NCBI RefSeq assembly: GCF_000227465.1
Contig: NC_016047.1
Location: 1,746,857 to 1,778,856, forward strand
Direction of reading: 5' to 3'
Length of the DNA stretch: 32,000 bases
From: Bacillus spizizenii TU-B-10
GTDB taxonomy: Bacteria; Bacillota; Bacilli; Bacillales; Bacillaceae
The notes under the pieces are model-generated. The model ran no database searches and had not been told where the DNA came from. It saw only the letters and a program-made list of their open reading frames with translations. Position 1 is the stretch's first letter. Every line of letters begins with the position of its first letter. The translations under genes and the position numbers were made by a program. Below are positions 19,271-28,903 of the stretch, piece after piece.

Positions 19271-20272
19271 ATGAGAATATCTGTAGATGCAATGGGAGGA
19301 GACCACGCTCCCAAAGCCGTTATTGACGGAGTTATAAAAGGTATAGAGGCATTTGATGATCTCCATATCACACTTGTCGGTGACAAAACAACGATAGAAT
19401 CACATTTAACAACAACATCAGATCGCATCACGGTGCTGCACGCAGATGAAGTGATTGAGCCTACGGATGAACCGGTCCGCGCCGTGCGAAGAAAAAAGAA
19501 CTCATCTATGGTCCTTATGGCGCAGGAAGTTGCCGAAAACAGAGCTGACGCCTGCATCTCAGCAGGGAATACCGGTGCGTTAATGACAGCCGGTCTGTTT
19601 ATCGTCGGAAGAATTAAAGGGATTGACCGCCCGGCGCTTGCCCCGACACTTCCGACCGTTTCAGGAGACGGATTTCTTCTCCTTGATGTCGGCGCCAATG
19701 TCGATGCCAAACCGGAGCACCTTGTTCAATACGCCATCATGGGTTCTGTTTATTCTCAGCAAGTGCGCGGTGTCACTTCACCGAGAGTCGGGCTTTTAAA
19801 TGTCGGAACAGAAGATAAAAAAGGAAACGAACTGACGAAGCAGACGTTTCAAATGTTAAAAGAAACAGCAAACATCAATTTTATCGGAAATGTGGAAGCA
19901 CGAGACCTTTTAGATGATGTGGCGGATGTTGTAGTAACAGACGGCTTTACCGGGAATGTTACACTCAAAACGCTGGAAGGTTCTGCGTTATCTATTTTTA
20001 AAATGATGAGAGAAGTAATGACGTCTAATCTCACATCAAAGCTTGCAGCAGCTGTGCTGAAGCCAAAGTTGAAAGAAATGAAAATGAAAATGGAGTATTC
20101 GAATTATGGCGGAGCAAGTCTTTTCGGCTTAAAAGCGCCTGTGATCAAGGCGCACGGCTCTTCAGATTCGAATGCTGTATTTCATGCGATTCGTCAAGCA
20201 AGAGAGATGGTCACCCAAAATGTGGCTGCGCTCATTCAGGAAGAAGTTAAAGAAGAAAAAACAGATGAGTAG
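19271..20272 (+). CDS. plsX: Phosphate acyltransferase PlsX (333 aa); start at ATG 19271
   Basis: [14 protein letters not shown] is the canonical PlsX N-terminus. AAAGGTGGAG RBS at 19256-19265. The track ORF is extended 25 codons into fapR. Confidence 0.95.
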   Translation: MRISVDAMGGDHAPKAVIDGVIKGIEAFDDLHITLVGDKTTIESHLTTTSDRITVLHADEVIEPTDEPVRAVRRKKNSSMVLMAQEVAENRADACISAGNTGALMTAGLFIVGRIKGIDRPALAPTLPTVSGDGFLLLDVGANVDAKPEHLVQYAIMGSVYSQQVRGVTSPRVGLLNVGTEDKKGNELTKQTFQMLKETANINFIGNVEARDLLDDVADVVVTDGFTGNVTLKTLEGSALSIFKMMREVMTSNLTSKLAAAVLKPKLKEMKMKMEYSNYGGASLFGLKAPVIKAHGSSDSNAVFHAIRQAREMVTQNVAALIQEEVKEEKTDE

Positions 20273-20290
20273 TCTGGAGGTTTTTACATC

Positions 20291-21244
20291 ATGAGTAAGA
20301 TTGCATTTTTATTCCCGGGTCAAGGATCACAATTTATCGGCATGGGAAAAGAGCTTTATGAGCAGGTGCCTGCTGCAAAGCGTCTGTTCGATGAAGCGGA
20401 TGAAACATTGGAAACAAAACTCAGCTCACTGATTTTTGAAGGTGATGCTAAAGAGTTAACACTTACATACAATGCGCAGCCTGCTTTACTGACGACAAGC
20501 ATTGCTGTTCTTGAGAAATTTAAAGAATCAGGCATTACACCTGATTTCACAGCAGGACACAGCCTTGGTGAATATTCCGCACTGGTTGCATCTGGCGCAC
20601 TATCTTTCAAAGATGCTGTTTATACCGTCAGAAAACGCGGAGAGTTTATGAATGAAGCAGTGCCGGCTGGCGAAGGAGCTATGGCTGCGATTCTTGGCAT
20701 GGATGCCGAAGCATTAAAGCAAGTAACCGATAAAGTCACGGAGGAAGGCCACCTTGTACAGCTTGCAAATCTCAACTGTCCTGGACAAATCGTTATTTCC
20801 GGAACAGCCAAAGGTGTAGAGCTTGCATCTGAACAGGCAAAAGAGAACGGTGCAAAACGCGCCATTCCGCTTGAAGTAAGCGGTCCGTTCCATTCCGAAC
20901 TGATGAAGCCTGCTGCTGAAAAGCTGAAAGAAGTATTGGACTCCTGTGATATAAAAGACGCTGGCGTTCCGGTCATCTCAAATGTTTCTGCTGATGTCAT
21001 GACTGAAAAAGCAGAAATCAAAGAGAAACTCATTGAGCAGCTTTACTCTCCGGTTCGTTTTGAGGAAAGCATTAACAAGCTGATTGCAGAGGGTGTGACG
21101 ACTTTTGTTGAAATCGGTCCCGGAAAAGTGCTTTCAGGCCTTGTAAAAAAAGTAAACAGACGCTTAAAAACAATTGCTGTATCAGATCCGGAAACGATCG
21201 AGCTGGCAATTCAAACGCTTAAGGAGGAGAATGAAAATGCTTAA
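20291..21244 (+). CDS. fabD: Malonyl-CoA:ACP transacylase FabD (317 aa)
   Basis: FLFPGQGSQ, active-site [10 protein letters not shown], and the downstream PFHS motif. GGAGG RBS. Confidence 0.96.
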   Translation: MSKIAFLFPGQGSQFIGMGKELYEQVPAAKRLFDEADETLETKLSSLIFEGDAKELTLTYNAQPALLTTSIAVLEKFKESGITPDFTAGHSLGEYSALVASGALSFKDAVYTVRKRGEFMNEAVPAGEGAMAAILGMDAEALKQVTDKVTEEGHLVQLANLNCPGQIVISGTAKGVELASEQAKENGAKRAIPLEVSGPFHSELMKPAAEKLKEVLDSCDIKDAGVPVISNVSADVMTEKAEIKEKLIEQLYSPVRFEESINKLIAEGVTTFVEIGPGKVLSGLVKKVNRRLKTIAVSDPETIELAIQTLKEENENA

Positions 21245-21977
21245 TGACAAAACAGCTATTGTCACTGGCGCATCCCGCGGAATCGGCCGCTCAATCGCCC
21301 TTGACCTGGCAAAAAGCGGCGCGAACGTTGTCGTCAACTACTCCGGCAATGAAGCGAAAGCAAATGAAGTGGTAGATGAAATCAAATCAATGGGCAGAAA
21401 AGCAATTGCTGTCAAAGCGGATGTATCAAATCCCGAAGATGTACAAAACATGATAAAAGAAACGCTTTCTGTTTTTTCTACGATTGATATTCTAGTTAAT
21501 AATGCCGGAATCACAAGAGACAATCTCATCATGAGAATGAAAGAAGATGAATGGGATGATGTCATTAACATTAACCTGAAGGGTGTTTTCAACTGCACGA
21601 AAGCTGTTACAAGACAAATGATGAAACAGCGTTCAGGCCGGATTATTAACGTATCGTCTATCGTCGGCGTCAGCGGAAATCCTGGACAAGCCAACTACGT
21701 GGCTGCAAAAGCCGGCGTGATCGGTTTAACAAAATCTTCTGCTAAAGAGCTCGCAAGCCGCAATATTACTGTAAATGCGATTGCGCCTGGATTTATCTCA
21801 ACTGATATGACAGATAAGCTTGCAAAAGACGTTCAAGACGAAATGCTGAAACAAATTCCGCTCGCACGCTTTGGCGAACCTGGTGACGTCAGCAGCGTTG
21901 TCACGTTCCTTGCTTCAGAGGGAGCTCGTTACATGACTGGCCAAACGCTTCATATTGACGGCGGAATGGTGATGTAA
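21237..21977 (+). CDS. fabG: 3-oxoacyl-ACP reductase FabG (246 aa); start at ATG 21237
   Basis: SDR motifs [12 protein letters not shown] and YVAAK. AAGGAGGAG at 21221-21229 lies 7 nt before ATG 21237. The gene overlaps the fabD stop by 8 nt. Confidence 0.95.
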   Translation: MLNDKTAIVTGASRGIGRSIALDLAKSGANVVVNYSGNEAKANEVVDEIKSMGRKAIAVKADVSNPEDVQNMIKETLSVFSTIDILVNNAGITRDNLIMRMKEDEWDDVININLKGVFNCTKAVTRQMMKQRSGRIINVSSIVGVSGNPGQANYVAAKAGVIGLTKSSAKELASRNITVNAIAPGFISTDMTDKLAKDVQDEMLKQIPLARFGEPGDVSSVVTFLASEGARYMTGQTLHIDGGMVM

Positions 21978-22061
21978 GTTTTTTTCTCAAAAATTTCATC
22001 ATAGTTTCTCTAGTTTTTTAAAAACGAATCCACTATAATACTTGAGGGGAGGTGAATTGCT

Positions 22062-22295
22062 ATGGCAGACACATTAGAGCGTGTAACGAAAATCATCGTA
22101 GATCGCCTTGGCGTTGATGAAGCAGACGTCAAACTTGAAGCTTCTTTCAAGGAAGACTTAGGTGCTGATTCCCTAGATGTAGTTGAGCTTGTTATGGAAC
22201 TTGAAGACGAGTTTGATATGGAAATTTCTGACGAAGATGCTGAAAAGATTGCAACAGTCGGCGACGCTGTGAACTACATACAAAACCAGCAATAA
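22062..22295 (+). CDS. acpA: Acyl carrier protein (77 aa)
   Basis: [19 protein letters not shown] carries the phosphopantetheine-attachment Ser in DSLD. GAGGGGAGGTG RBS. Confidence 0.97.
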   Translation: MADTLERVTKIIVDRLGVDEADVKLEASFKEDLGADSLDVVELVMELEDEFDMEISDEDAEKIATVGDAVNYIQNQQ

Positions 22296-22305
22296 GCTGA
22301 TGCTA

Positions 22306-22331
22306 AAAGTCCCGCCGAAACGCGGGGCTTT
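22306..22331 (+). terminator. Terminator-like hairpin downstream of acpA
   Basis: GTCCCGC (22309-22315) pairs with GCGGGGC (22322-22328) around a 6-nt loop, flanked by AAA and TTT. The U-tract is short, so termination may be partial. Confidence 0.5.
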
Positions 22332-22434
22332 AGCCCTTTATTCGTGCAGTTATTACAGCATGCCGCTTTTACGCGCGCTGTATCCGGTTTAGTCAGAGAA
22401 GCGCGGTGAACCTGATGTGCCTATGGAGGTTACT

Positions 22435-23184
22435 ATGTCAAAACACTCACATTATAAAGATAAAAAAAAGTTCTATAAAAAAGTAGAACAGTTTAAAGAG
22501 TTTCAAGAACGGATTTCGGTTCACTTTCAAAATGAAAAGCTTTTGTATCAAGCATTTACACATTCATCTTATGTGAATGAGCATCGGAAAAAGCCGTATG
22601 AGGATAATGAAAGGCTTGAATTTTTAGGTGACGCTGTTTTGGAACTGACGATCTCCAGATTCTTATTTGCCAAGTACCCGGCTATGAGTGAAGGAGATTT
22701 GACGAAGCTGAGAGCTGCGATTGTATGCGAACCGTCTCTCGTTTCATTGGCTCACGAATTGTCATTCGGCGACCTTGTCCTGTTGGGGAAAGGTGAGGAG
22801 ATGACTGGCGGAAGAAAGCGTCCCGCACTATTGGCGGATGTTTTTGAGGCATTTATCGGAGCCTTGTATCTTGACCAGGGATTAGAGCCGGTCGAAAGTT
22901 TCTTAAAAGTCTATGTGTTCCCTAAAATTAACGATGGTGCTTTTTCTCATGTGATGGATTTCAAAAGCCAGCTGCAGGAATATGTGCAGCGGGACGGCAA
23001 AGGCTCTTTGGAGTATAAAATCTCCAACGAGAAAGGACCTGCGCACAACCGTGAATTTGAAGCCATCGTATCTCTAAAAGGTGAACCACTCGGAGTCGGA
23101 AACGGCCGTTCAAAGAAAGAAGCCGAACAGCACGCTGCTCAGGAAGCTTTAGCTAAATTGCAAAAACACCATACGAGACAATAA
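22435..23184 (+). CDS. rnc: Ribonuclease III (249 aa); start at ATG 22435
   Basis: RNase III signature [11 protein letters not shown] and a C-terminal dsRBD (GPAHNREF...[16 protein letters not shown]). GGAGG at 22424-22428 precedes ATG 22435. Confidence 0.94.
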   Translation: MSKHSHYKDKKKFYKKVEQFKEFQERISVHFQNEKLLYQAFTHSSYVNEHRKKPYEDNERLEFLGDAVLELTISRFLFAKYPAMSEGDLTKLRAAIVCEPSLVSLAHELSFGDLVLLGKGEEMTGGRKRPALLADVFEAFIGALYLDQGLEPVESFLKVYVFPKINDGAFSHVMDFKSQLQEYVQRDGKGSLEYKISNEKGPAHNREFEAIVSLKGEPLGVGNGRSKKEAEQHAAQEALAKLQKHHTRQ

Positions 23185-23211
23185 AATCCCCCTGAATCAT
23201 AAGGGGGATTT
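23184..23211 (+). terminator. Perfect 10-bp hairpin immediately after the rnc stop (attenuator or 3' stabiliser rather than a full terminator)
   Basis: AAATCCCCCT (23184-23193) pairs with AGGGGGATTT (23202-23211) around an 8-nt loop. Only three T residues follow the G/C core. Confidence 0.45.
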
Positions 23212-23285
23212 CAGTATGTATGCCGTCTTATTTTATCCATGTTTTATGATAGAATTGAAATACTTATTACATAAGGAGGATCGCT

Positions 23286-26200
23286 ATGTTCCTCAAACGT
23301 TTAGACGTTATAGGATTTAAATCATTTGCAGAACGGATTTCCGTAGATTTTGTAAAAGGCGTGACAGCGGTTGTCGGCCCAAATGGAAGCGGAAAAAGCA
23401 ACATCACAGATGCCATTCGCTGGGTTCTCGGTGAACAATCGGCACGGTCTCTTCGCGGCGGAAAAATGGAAGACATCATTTTTGCCGGCAGTGATTCGAG
23501 AAAGCGATTAAATCTAGCTGAAGTTACGCTTACTCTTGATAATGATGATCATTTCTTGCCGATTGACTTCCATGAGGTCAGTGTCACAAGACGTGTATAC
23601 AGATCAGGCGAGAGTGAGTTTCTGATTAACAATCAGCCGTGCCGCTTAAAAGATATTATTGATTTATTTATGGACTCTGGTCTGGGTAAAGAAGCATTTT
23701 CTATTATCAGCCAAGGGAAAGTGGAAGAGATCCTGAGCAGCAAAGCGGAGGATCGCCGCAGTATCTTTGAAGAAGCGGCCGGGGTGCTTAAATATAAAAC
23801 AAGAAAGAAAAAAGCAGAAAATAAACTGTTTGAGACACAGGACAATTTAAACCGGGTAGAAGATATATTACATGAACTTGAAGGACAGGTTGAACCTCTT
23901 AAAATTCAAGCATCAATAGCGAAAGACTACTTGGAAAAAAAGAAAGAGCTAGAGCATGTTGAAATCGCGCTGACTGCCTATGATATCGAAGAGCTGCATG
24001 GCAAATGGTCAACTCTTAAAGAGAAAGTGCAGCTCGCGAAGGAAGAAGAGCTCGCTGAATCATCTGCGATTTCTGCCAAAGAAGCAAAGATTGAGGATAC
24101 GCGCGACAAAATTCAAGCGCTTGATGAATCAGTAAATGAGCTCCAGCAGGTCTTATTGGTGACGAGTGAAGAGCTGGAAAAGCTTGAAGGCCGTAAAGAA
24201 GTCCTGAAAGAACGCAAGAAAAACGCTGTGCAAAACCAAGAACAGCTTGAAGAAGCTATTGTACAGTTTCAGCAAAAAGAAACGGTGCTGAAAGAAGAGC
24301 TTGCGAAGCAGGAAGCTATCTTCGAAACACTTCAGGCAGAGGTGAAACAGTTAAGGGCTCAGGTAAAAGAAAAGCAGCAGGCTCTCAGTCTTCACAATGA
24401 AAATGTCGAAGAGAAAATCGAACAGCTGAAAAGCGATTACTTTGAACTGTTGAACAGTCAGGCTTCGATTCGCAATGAGCTCCAGCTTCTGGATGACCAG
24501 ATGTCCCAATCGGCTGTTGTATTGCAAAGGCTTGCGGACAACAATGAAAAGCATCTTCAGGAACGGCGCGATATTTCTGCGCGAAAAGCCGCATGTGAAA
24601 CGGAGTTTGCCCGACTCGAGCAGGAGATTCACAGCCAAGTCGGTGCATATCGTGATATGCAGGCGAAATATGAGCAGAAAAAGCGCCAATACGAAAAAAA
24701 TGAATCTGCTCTGTATCAGGCGTACCAATACGTTCAGCAAGCGAGATCGAAAAAGGACATGCTTGAGACGATGCAGGGGGATTTCTCCGGCTTTTATCAA
24801 GGTGTTAAAGAAGTGCTGAAAGCGAAAGAGCGCCTTGGCGGAATTCGCGGAGCGGTCCTTGAGCTGATCTCAACAGAACAGAAGTATGAAACGGCCATTG
24901 AAATTGCGCTCGGCGCTTCTGCCCAGCATGTCGTGACCGACGATGAACAGGCTGCCCGTAAAGCGATTCAATATTTAAAACAGAATTCCTTCGGCCGGGC
25001 GACGTTTCTGCCTCTTTCTGTTATTAGAGACCGCCAGCTTCAAAGCCGGGATGCGGAAACAGCAGCCCAGCACTCGTCATTTCTCGGGGTCGCCAGTGAA
25101 CTTGTCACATTTGATTCTGCGTATCGGCGTATCATCCAGAACCTTCTTGGAACCGTTCTGATCGCAGAGGATTTAAAGGGAGCAAACGAACTAGCGAAGC
25201 TTCTCGGGCACCGGTACCGTATCGTAACCCTTGAGGGAGATGTCGTGAATCCGGGTGGATCAATGACGGGCGGCGCGGTTAAAAAGAAAAATAACTCGCT
25301 GCTAGGAAGAAGCAGGGAGCTTGAAGATGTGAGCAAACGGCTCGCTGAAATGGAAGAGAAAACAGCACTGCTTGAACAAGAAGTCAAAACCCTTAAGCAA
25401 TCCATTCAGGATATGGAGAAAAAACTGGCTGACTTAAGAGAGACCGGAGAAGGCTTAAGATTAAAGCAGCAGGATGTAAAAGGGCAGCTGTACGAGCTTC
25501 AAGTTGCTGAGAAAAATATCAACACCCATTTAGAGCTCTATGATCAAGAAAAATCTGCTCTGTCAGAAAGTGATGAAGAGAAGAAAACGCGCAAACGCAA
25601 GCTGGAAGAAGAGCTTTCTGCCGTGTCAGAAAAGATGAAACAGCTTGAAGAGGATATTGACAGACTAACGAAACAAAAACAAACACAATCCTCAACAAAA
25701 GAGTCTCTCTCCAACGAGCTGACTGAGCTGAAAATCACAGCTGCCAAAAAAGAGCAGGCATGTAAGGGTGAAGAGGACAACCTTGCCAGATTAAAGAAAG
25801 AGCTCACAGAAACAGAGTTTGCGTTAAAAGAAGCGAAAGAGGACTTAAGCTTCTTAACGTCAGAGATGTCATCAAGCACCAGCGGTGAAGAAAAGCTTGA
25901 AGAGGCCGCAAAACATAAATTGAATGACAAAACGAAAACGATCGAACTCATTGCGTTAAGACGCGATCAGCGTATCAAGCTTCAGCATGGGCTTGATACA
26001 TATGAGCGTGAGCTGAAAGAAATGAAACGCCTGTACAAACAAAAAACAACGCTCTTAAAAGACGAAGAAGTCAAACTCGGCCGAATGGAAGTTGAGCTTG
26101 ATAATTTACTCCAGTACTTACGGGAGGAATACAGCCTGTCCTTTGAGGGGGCAAAAGAGAAATATCAGCTTGAAACTGATCCAGAGGAAGCAAGAAAGCG

Positions 26201-26846
26201 CGTGAAGCTGATTAAACTCGCAATCGAAGAGCTGGGTACCGTAAACCTCGGAAGCATAGACGAGTTTGAGAGAGTCAACGAACGGTATAAGTTTCTGTCA
26301 GAACAAAAAGAAGATTTGACAGAAGCGAAAAATACCCTGTTCCAAGTGATTGAAGAAATGGATGAAGAAATGACGAAACGCTTTAACGACACATTCGTCC
26401 AAATCCGCTCACACTTTGATCAAGTCTTCCGCTCCTTATTCGGAGGAGGGCGCGCTGAACTTAGGCTCACTGATCCTAACGATCTGCTTCACTCAGGAGT
26501 CGAGATTATCGCGCAGCCGCCGGGGAAAAAACTGCAAAACTTAAACCTTCTGTCAGGCGGAGAGCGTGCGCTTACTGCAATAGCGCTCTTATTCTCAATC
26601 TTAAAGGTTCGTCCTGTGCCGTTTTGCGTCCTTGACGAAGTAGAGGCTGCGCTTGACGAAGCGAATGTGTTCCGATTTGCGCAGTATTTAAAAAAATACA
26701 GCAGAGATACCCAGTTTATCGTGATTACCCACAGAAAAGGAACGATGGAGGAAGCGGATGTGCTATACGGCGTAACAATGCAGGAATCCGGTGTTTCCAA
26801 GGTAATCTCAGTTAAGCTGGAAGAAACAAAAGAATTCGTTCAGTAA
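23286..26846 (+). CDS. smc: Chromosome condensation/segregation ATPase SMC (1186 aa)
   Basis: N-terminal Walker A GPNGSGKSN, long heptad-rich coiled-coil arms, a central hinge (GGIRGAVLELI...), and the C-terminal signature LSGGERALTAIALLF plus Walker B CVLDEVEAALD. AAGGAGGA RBS. Confidence 0.98.
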   Translation: MFLKRLDVIGFKSFAERISVDFVKGVTAVVGPNGSGKSNITDAIRWVLGEQSARSLRGGKMEDIIFAGSDSRKRLNLAEVTLTLDNDDHFLPIDFHEVSVTRRVYRSGESEFLINNQPCRLKDIIDLFMDSGLGKEAFSIISQGKVEEILSSKAEDRRSIFEEAAGVLKYKTRKKKAENKLFETQDNLNRVEDILHELEGQVEPLKIQASIAKDYLEKKKELEHVEIALTAYDIEELHGKWSTLKEKVQLAKEEELAESSAISAKEAKIEDTRDKIQALDESVNELQQVLLVTSEELEKLEGRKEVLKERKKNAVQNQEQLEEAIVQFQQKETVLKEELAKQEAIFETLQAEVKQLRAQVKEKQQALSLHNENVEEKIEQLKSDYFELLNSQASIRNELQLLDDQMSQSAVVLQRLADNNEKHLQERRDISARKAACETEFARLEQEIHSQVGAYRDMQAKYEQKKRQYEKNESALYQAYQYVQQARSKKDMLETMQGDFSGFYQGVKEVLKAKERLGGIRGAVLELISTEQKYETAIEIALGASAQHVVTDDEQAARKAIQYLKQNSFGRATFLPLSVIRDRQLQSRDAETAAQHSSFLGVASELVTFDSAYRRIIQNLLGTVLIAEDLKGANELAKLLGHRYRIVTLEGDVVNPGGSMTGGAVKKKNNSLLGRSRELEDVSKRLAEMEEKTALLEQEVKTLKQSIQDMEKKLADLRETGEGLRLKQQDVKGQLYELQVAEKNINTHLELYDQEKSALSESDEEKKTRKRKLEEELSAVSEKMKQLEEDIDRLTKQKQTQSSTKESLSNELTELKITAAKKEQACKGEEDNLARLKKELTETEFALKEAKEDLSFLTSEMSSSTSGEEKLEEAAKHKLNDKTKTIELIALRRDQRIKLQHGLDTYERELKEMKRLYKQKTTLLKDEEVKLGRMEVELDNLLQYLREEYSLSFEGAKEKYQLETDPEEARKRVKLIKLAIEELGTVNLGSIDEFERVNERYKFLSEQKEDLTEAKNTLFQVIEEMDEEMTKRFNDTFVQIRSHFDQVFRSLFGGGRAELRLTDPNDLLHSGVEIIAQPPGKKLQNLNLLSGGERALTAIALLFSILKVRPVPFCVLDEVEAALDEANVFRFAQYLKKYSRDTQFIVITHRKGTMEEADVLYGVTMQESGVSKVISVKLEETKEFVQ

Positions 26847-26865
26847 CGAGGAAAGAGGTTAAAAG

Positions 26866-27855
26866 ATGAGCTTTTTTAAAAAATTAAAAGAGAAAATCAC
26901 CAAACAGACAGATTCCGTATCTGAAAAGTTTAAGGATGGCCTTGAAAAAACAAGAAACTCCTTTCAAAACAAAGTGAATGATCTTGTATCCCGTTACCGT
27001 AAAGTGGATGAGGATTTCTTCGAAGAGCTAGAAGAGGTTCTCATCAGCGCGGATGTCGGTTTTACAACCGTTATGGAATTAATAGATGAGCTAAAAAAAG
27101 AAGTGAAACGCAGAAATATTCAAGATCCGATGGAAGTCCAATCTGTTATTTCTGAGAAACTGGTCGAGATTTATAACAGCGGAGATGAGCAAATTTCTGA
27201 GTTGAACATAGAGGATGGGCGTTTAAATGTAATCCTTCTGGTAGGTGTAAATGGAGTCGGCAAAACGACAACAATCGGAAAGCTTGCCCATAAACTGAAG
27301 CAAGAAGGAAAATCTGTTGTACTTGCTGCTGGAGACACATTTAGAGCAGGAGCCATTGAACAGCTGGAAGTATGGGGAGAGCGTACGGGAGTGCCAGTCA
27401 TTAAGCAGACGGCCGGAAGCGATCCTGCGGCTGTCATCTACGATGCTGTACATGCTGCGAAAGCAAGAAATGCCGATGTATTAATCTGTGATACGGCAGG
27501 GCGTCTCCAAAACAAAGTAAACCTGATGAAAGAGCTTGAAAAAGTGAAGCGCGTCATCGAAAGAGAAGTGCCTGAAGCGCCGCATGAGGTACTGCTTGCC
27601 CTTGATGCCACAACTGGCCAAAATGCAATGGCTCAGGCAAAAGAGTTCTCTAAAGCAACAAATGTTACCGGCATTGCATTAACAAAGCTTGACGGTACGG
27701 CTAAAGGCGGTATCGTCCTCGCGATCCGCAACGAGCTTCAAATCCCGGTTAAACTAGTCGGGTTAGGTGAAAAAGTTGATGATCTCCAGGAATTTGATCC
27801 TGAATCGTATGTGTACGGACTCTTTTCAGATTTAGTGGAAAAAGCCGACGATTAA
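26866..27855 (+). CDS. ftsY: Signal recognition particle receptor FtsY (329 aa)
   Basis: SRP-GTPase NG domain with GVNGVGKTTT, DTAGR and TKLDG. Confidence 0.97.
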   Translation: MSFFKKLKEKITKQTDSVSEKFKDGLEKTRNSFQNKVNDLVSRYRKVDEDFFEELEEVLISADVGFTTVMELIDELKKEVKRRNIQDPMEVQSVISEKLVEIYNSGDEQISELNIEDGRLNVILLVGVNGVGKTTTIGKLAHKLKQEGKSVVLAAGDTFRAGAIEQLEVWGERTGVPVIKQTAGSDPAAVIYDAVHAAKARNADVLICDTAGRLQNKVNLMKELEKVKRVIEREVPEAPHEVLLALDATTGQNAMAQAKEFSKATNVTGIALTKLDGTAKGGIVLAIRNELQIPVKLVGLGEKVDDLQEFDPESYVYGLFSDLVEKADD

Positions 27856-27894
27856 GAAAAAGGCCCTCACATTTTGGGGCCTTTTTCTTTTTTT
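27856..27894. terminator. Bidirectional intrinsic terminator between the convergent ftsY and ylqB
   Basis: GAAAAAGGCCC (27856-27866) pairs with GGGCCTTTTTC (27877-27887) around an 8-nt loop, followed by a T-run up to 27894. The ylqB stop (27893-27895, minus strand) abuts it. Confidence 0.75.
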
Positions 27895-28378
27895 ATCTTC
27901 TCACTTGATAGGCGAAATGATAAAGGCTATTATCAGTGGATACCAGTCTTGAATCTCCTGAATAAACTCTGAATGGGATGATGTCATAGTAATGGACGGA
28001 AACAGATGTGTAATATGTGTAGTACCCAGCAGCTGGCCCCAAATACATTGGAACTTCAAACGCTCCGTTTCCATCGGTTGTTCCTGATGCTGTTTGTGTT
28101 GTATTTCCGACTTTCGTATCTGCTTCAAATCGTACTGGAGCGTTCGGCACCGGCTGCCCGTTTTGGTCGAGTAATTTGCCGCTTATTGTAATATTGTACT
28201 TGACTCGCCAAAATTGACCTTGGCCGTAATTGATTTTACCGTAAACCCCTCCATCTGTGCTGATATTTGTGATCGAAGCCTTATAAGGCGCCTCAGCAGC
28301 GTCTGCTTGATGTACCGGGACAAGGATTGTAAACACGGCTGCCAAGCACAACATAAACAAAAAACTGATTTTTTTCAT
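27893..28378 (-). CDS. ylqB: Secreted protein of unknown function YlqB (161 aa) with an N-terminal signal peptide
   Basis: MKKISFLFMLCLAAVFTILVPVHQADA|AEAP is a Sec signal with an AXA-type cleavage site. AAAGGAGGA RBS on the minus strand. The mature part is beta-rich and carries a motif (DQNGQPVPNAPVRF...TTDGNGAFEV) reminiscent of carboxypeptidase-regulatory-like / prealbumin-fold domains. Confidence 0.85.
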   Translation of the reverse strand: MKKISFLFMLCLAAVFTILVPVHQADAAEAPYKASITNISTDGGVYGKINYGQGQFWRVKYNITISGKLLDQNGQPVPNAPVRFEADTKVGNTTQTASGTTDGNGAFEVPMYLGPAAGYYTYYTSVSVHYYDIIPFRVYSGDSRLVSTDNSLYHFAYQVRR

Positions 28379-28484
28379 AAAAAATCCTCCTTTAAAATAG
28401 GGATCATATACAATATCGGAATAAGTTGGATTATATTTAGCTTATTTTGGAAAAAGGTAATCACTGCTTTGACAAGATAAAAAC

Positions 28485-28513
28485 TTGACAGTCTCAATAA
28501 AACCGTGTAAACT
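28485..28513 (+). promoter_or_regulatory. Candidate sigma-A promoter of ylxM-ffh
   Basis: TTGACA (28485-28490), an exact 17-nt spacer, then TAAACT (28508-28513). A second TTGACA lies at 28469-28474. Confidence 0.5.
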
Positions 28514-28557
28514 AAGTTATCGTAAAGGGATTTGACTTAACAAAGGGGAGAGCTCAA

Positions 28558-28890
28558 ATGTCACTCGAAAAGACAACGAGAATGAACTATCTGTTTGATT
28601 TTTATCAGTCGTTGTTGACTTCAAAACAGAAGAGCTATATGTCGCTTTATTATTTGGACGATTTCTCCCTAGGCGAAATAGCCGAAGAATATGAGGTTTC
28701 AAGACAAGCTGTTTATGATAACATCAAACGAACAGAAGCGATGCTTGAACAATATGAAGAAAAGCTGCTCCTTTTGAAAAAGTTTCAGGAGCGTAAAGAG
28801 ATGTTTAATAAGCTGAAGGAGCTTGCTTCCGGTTCAAAAGAAGAGGAAGAAATTACAGCTCTGATTGAAGCGCTTGAGAAATTAGATTAG
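28558..28890 (+). CDS. ylxM: YlxM/p13-family small helix-turn-helix protein (UPF0122), SRP-associated (110 aa)
   Basis: Sigma-70 region-4-like HTH ([28 protein letters not shown]). It lies immediately upstream of ffh, as is conserved in Firmicutes. GGGGAG RBS. Confidence 0.9.
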   Translation: MSLEKTTRMNYLFDFYQSLLTSKQKSYMSLYYLDDFSLGEIAEEYEVSRQAVYDNIKRTEAMLEQYEEKLLLLKKFQERKEMFNKLKELASGSKEEEEITALIEALEKLD

Positions 28891-28903
28891 GAGGCGGCAA
28901 ACT

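Noticed and set aside
23216-23320. A 34-codon ORF (MYAVLFYPCFMIELKYLLHKEDRYVPQTFRRYRI) begins 7 nt after a GGGGGA SD-like sequence and overlaps the smc start out of frame.
   Set aside because: The SD-like sequence is the right arm of the rnc terminal hairpin, so it would be sequestered. The peptide has no recognisable features and overlaps the smc RBS and start. It is most likely fortuitous. Only ribosome profiling could revive it.
23633-26800. Many long minus-strand and alternate-frame ORFs lie inside smc, for example 24351-24800 (149 aa), 24475-24819 (+, 114 aa), 25040-25405 (121 aa), 25544-25951 (135 aa) and 26489-26800 (103 aa).
   Set aside because: All are fully nested in the well-supported smc reading frame and lack RBSs. 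Their products are low-complexity Ser/Phe/Leu-rich, which is what the reverse complement of GAA/AAG/GAG-rich coiled-coil codons produces. They are composition artefacts.
28501-28513. TGTAAACT matches the right arm of the B. subtilis dif (XerD-side) sequence.
   Set aside because: Only 8 nt match, and the left arm and central region are absent. The same bases are better explained as the -10 region of the ylxM promoter.
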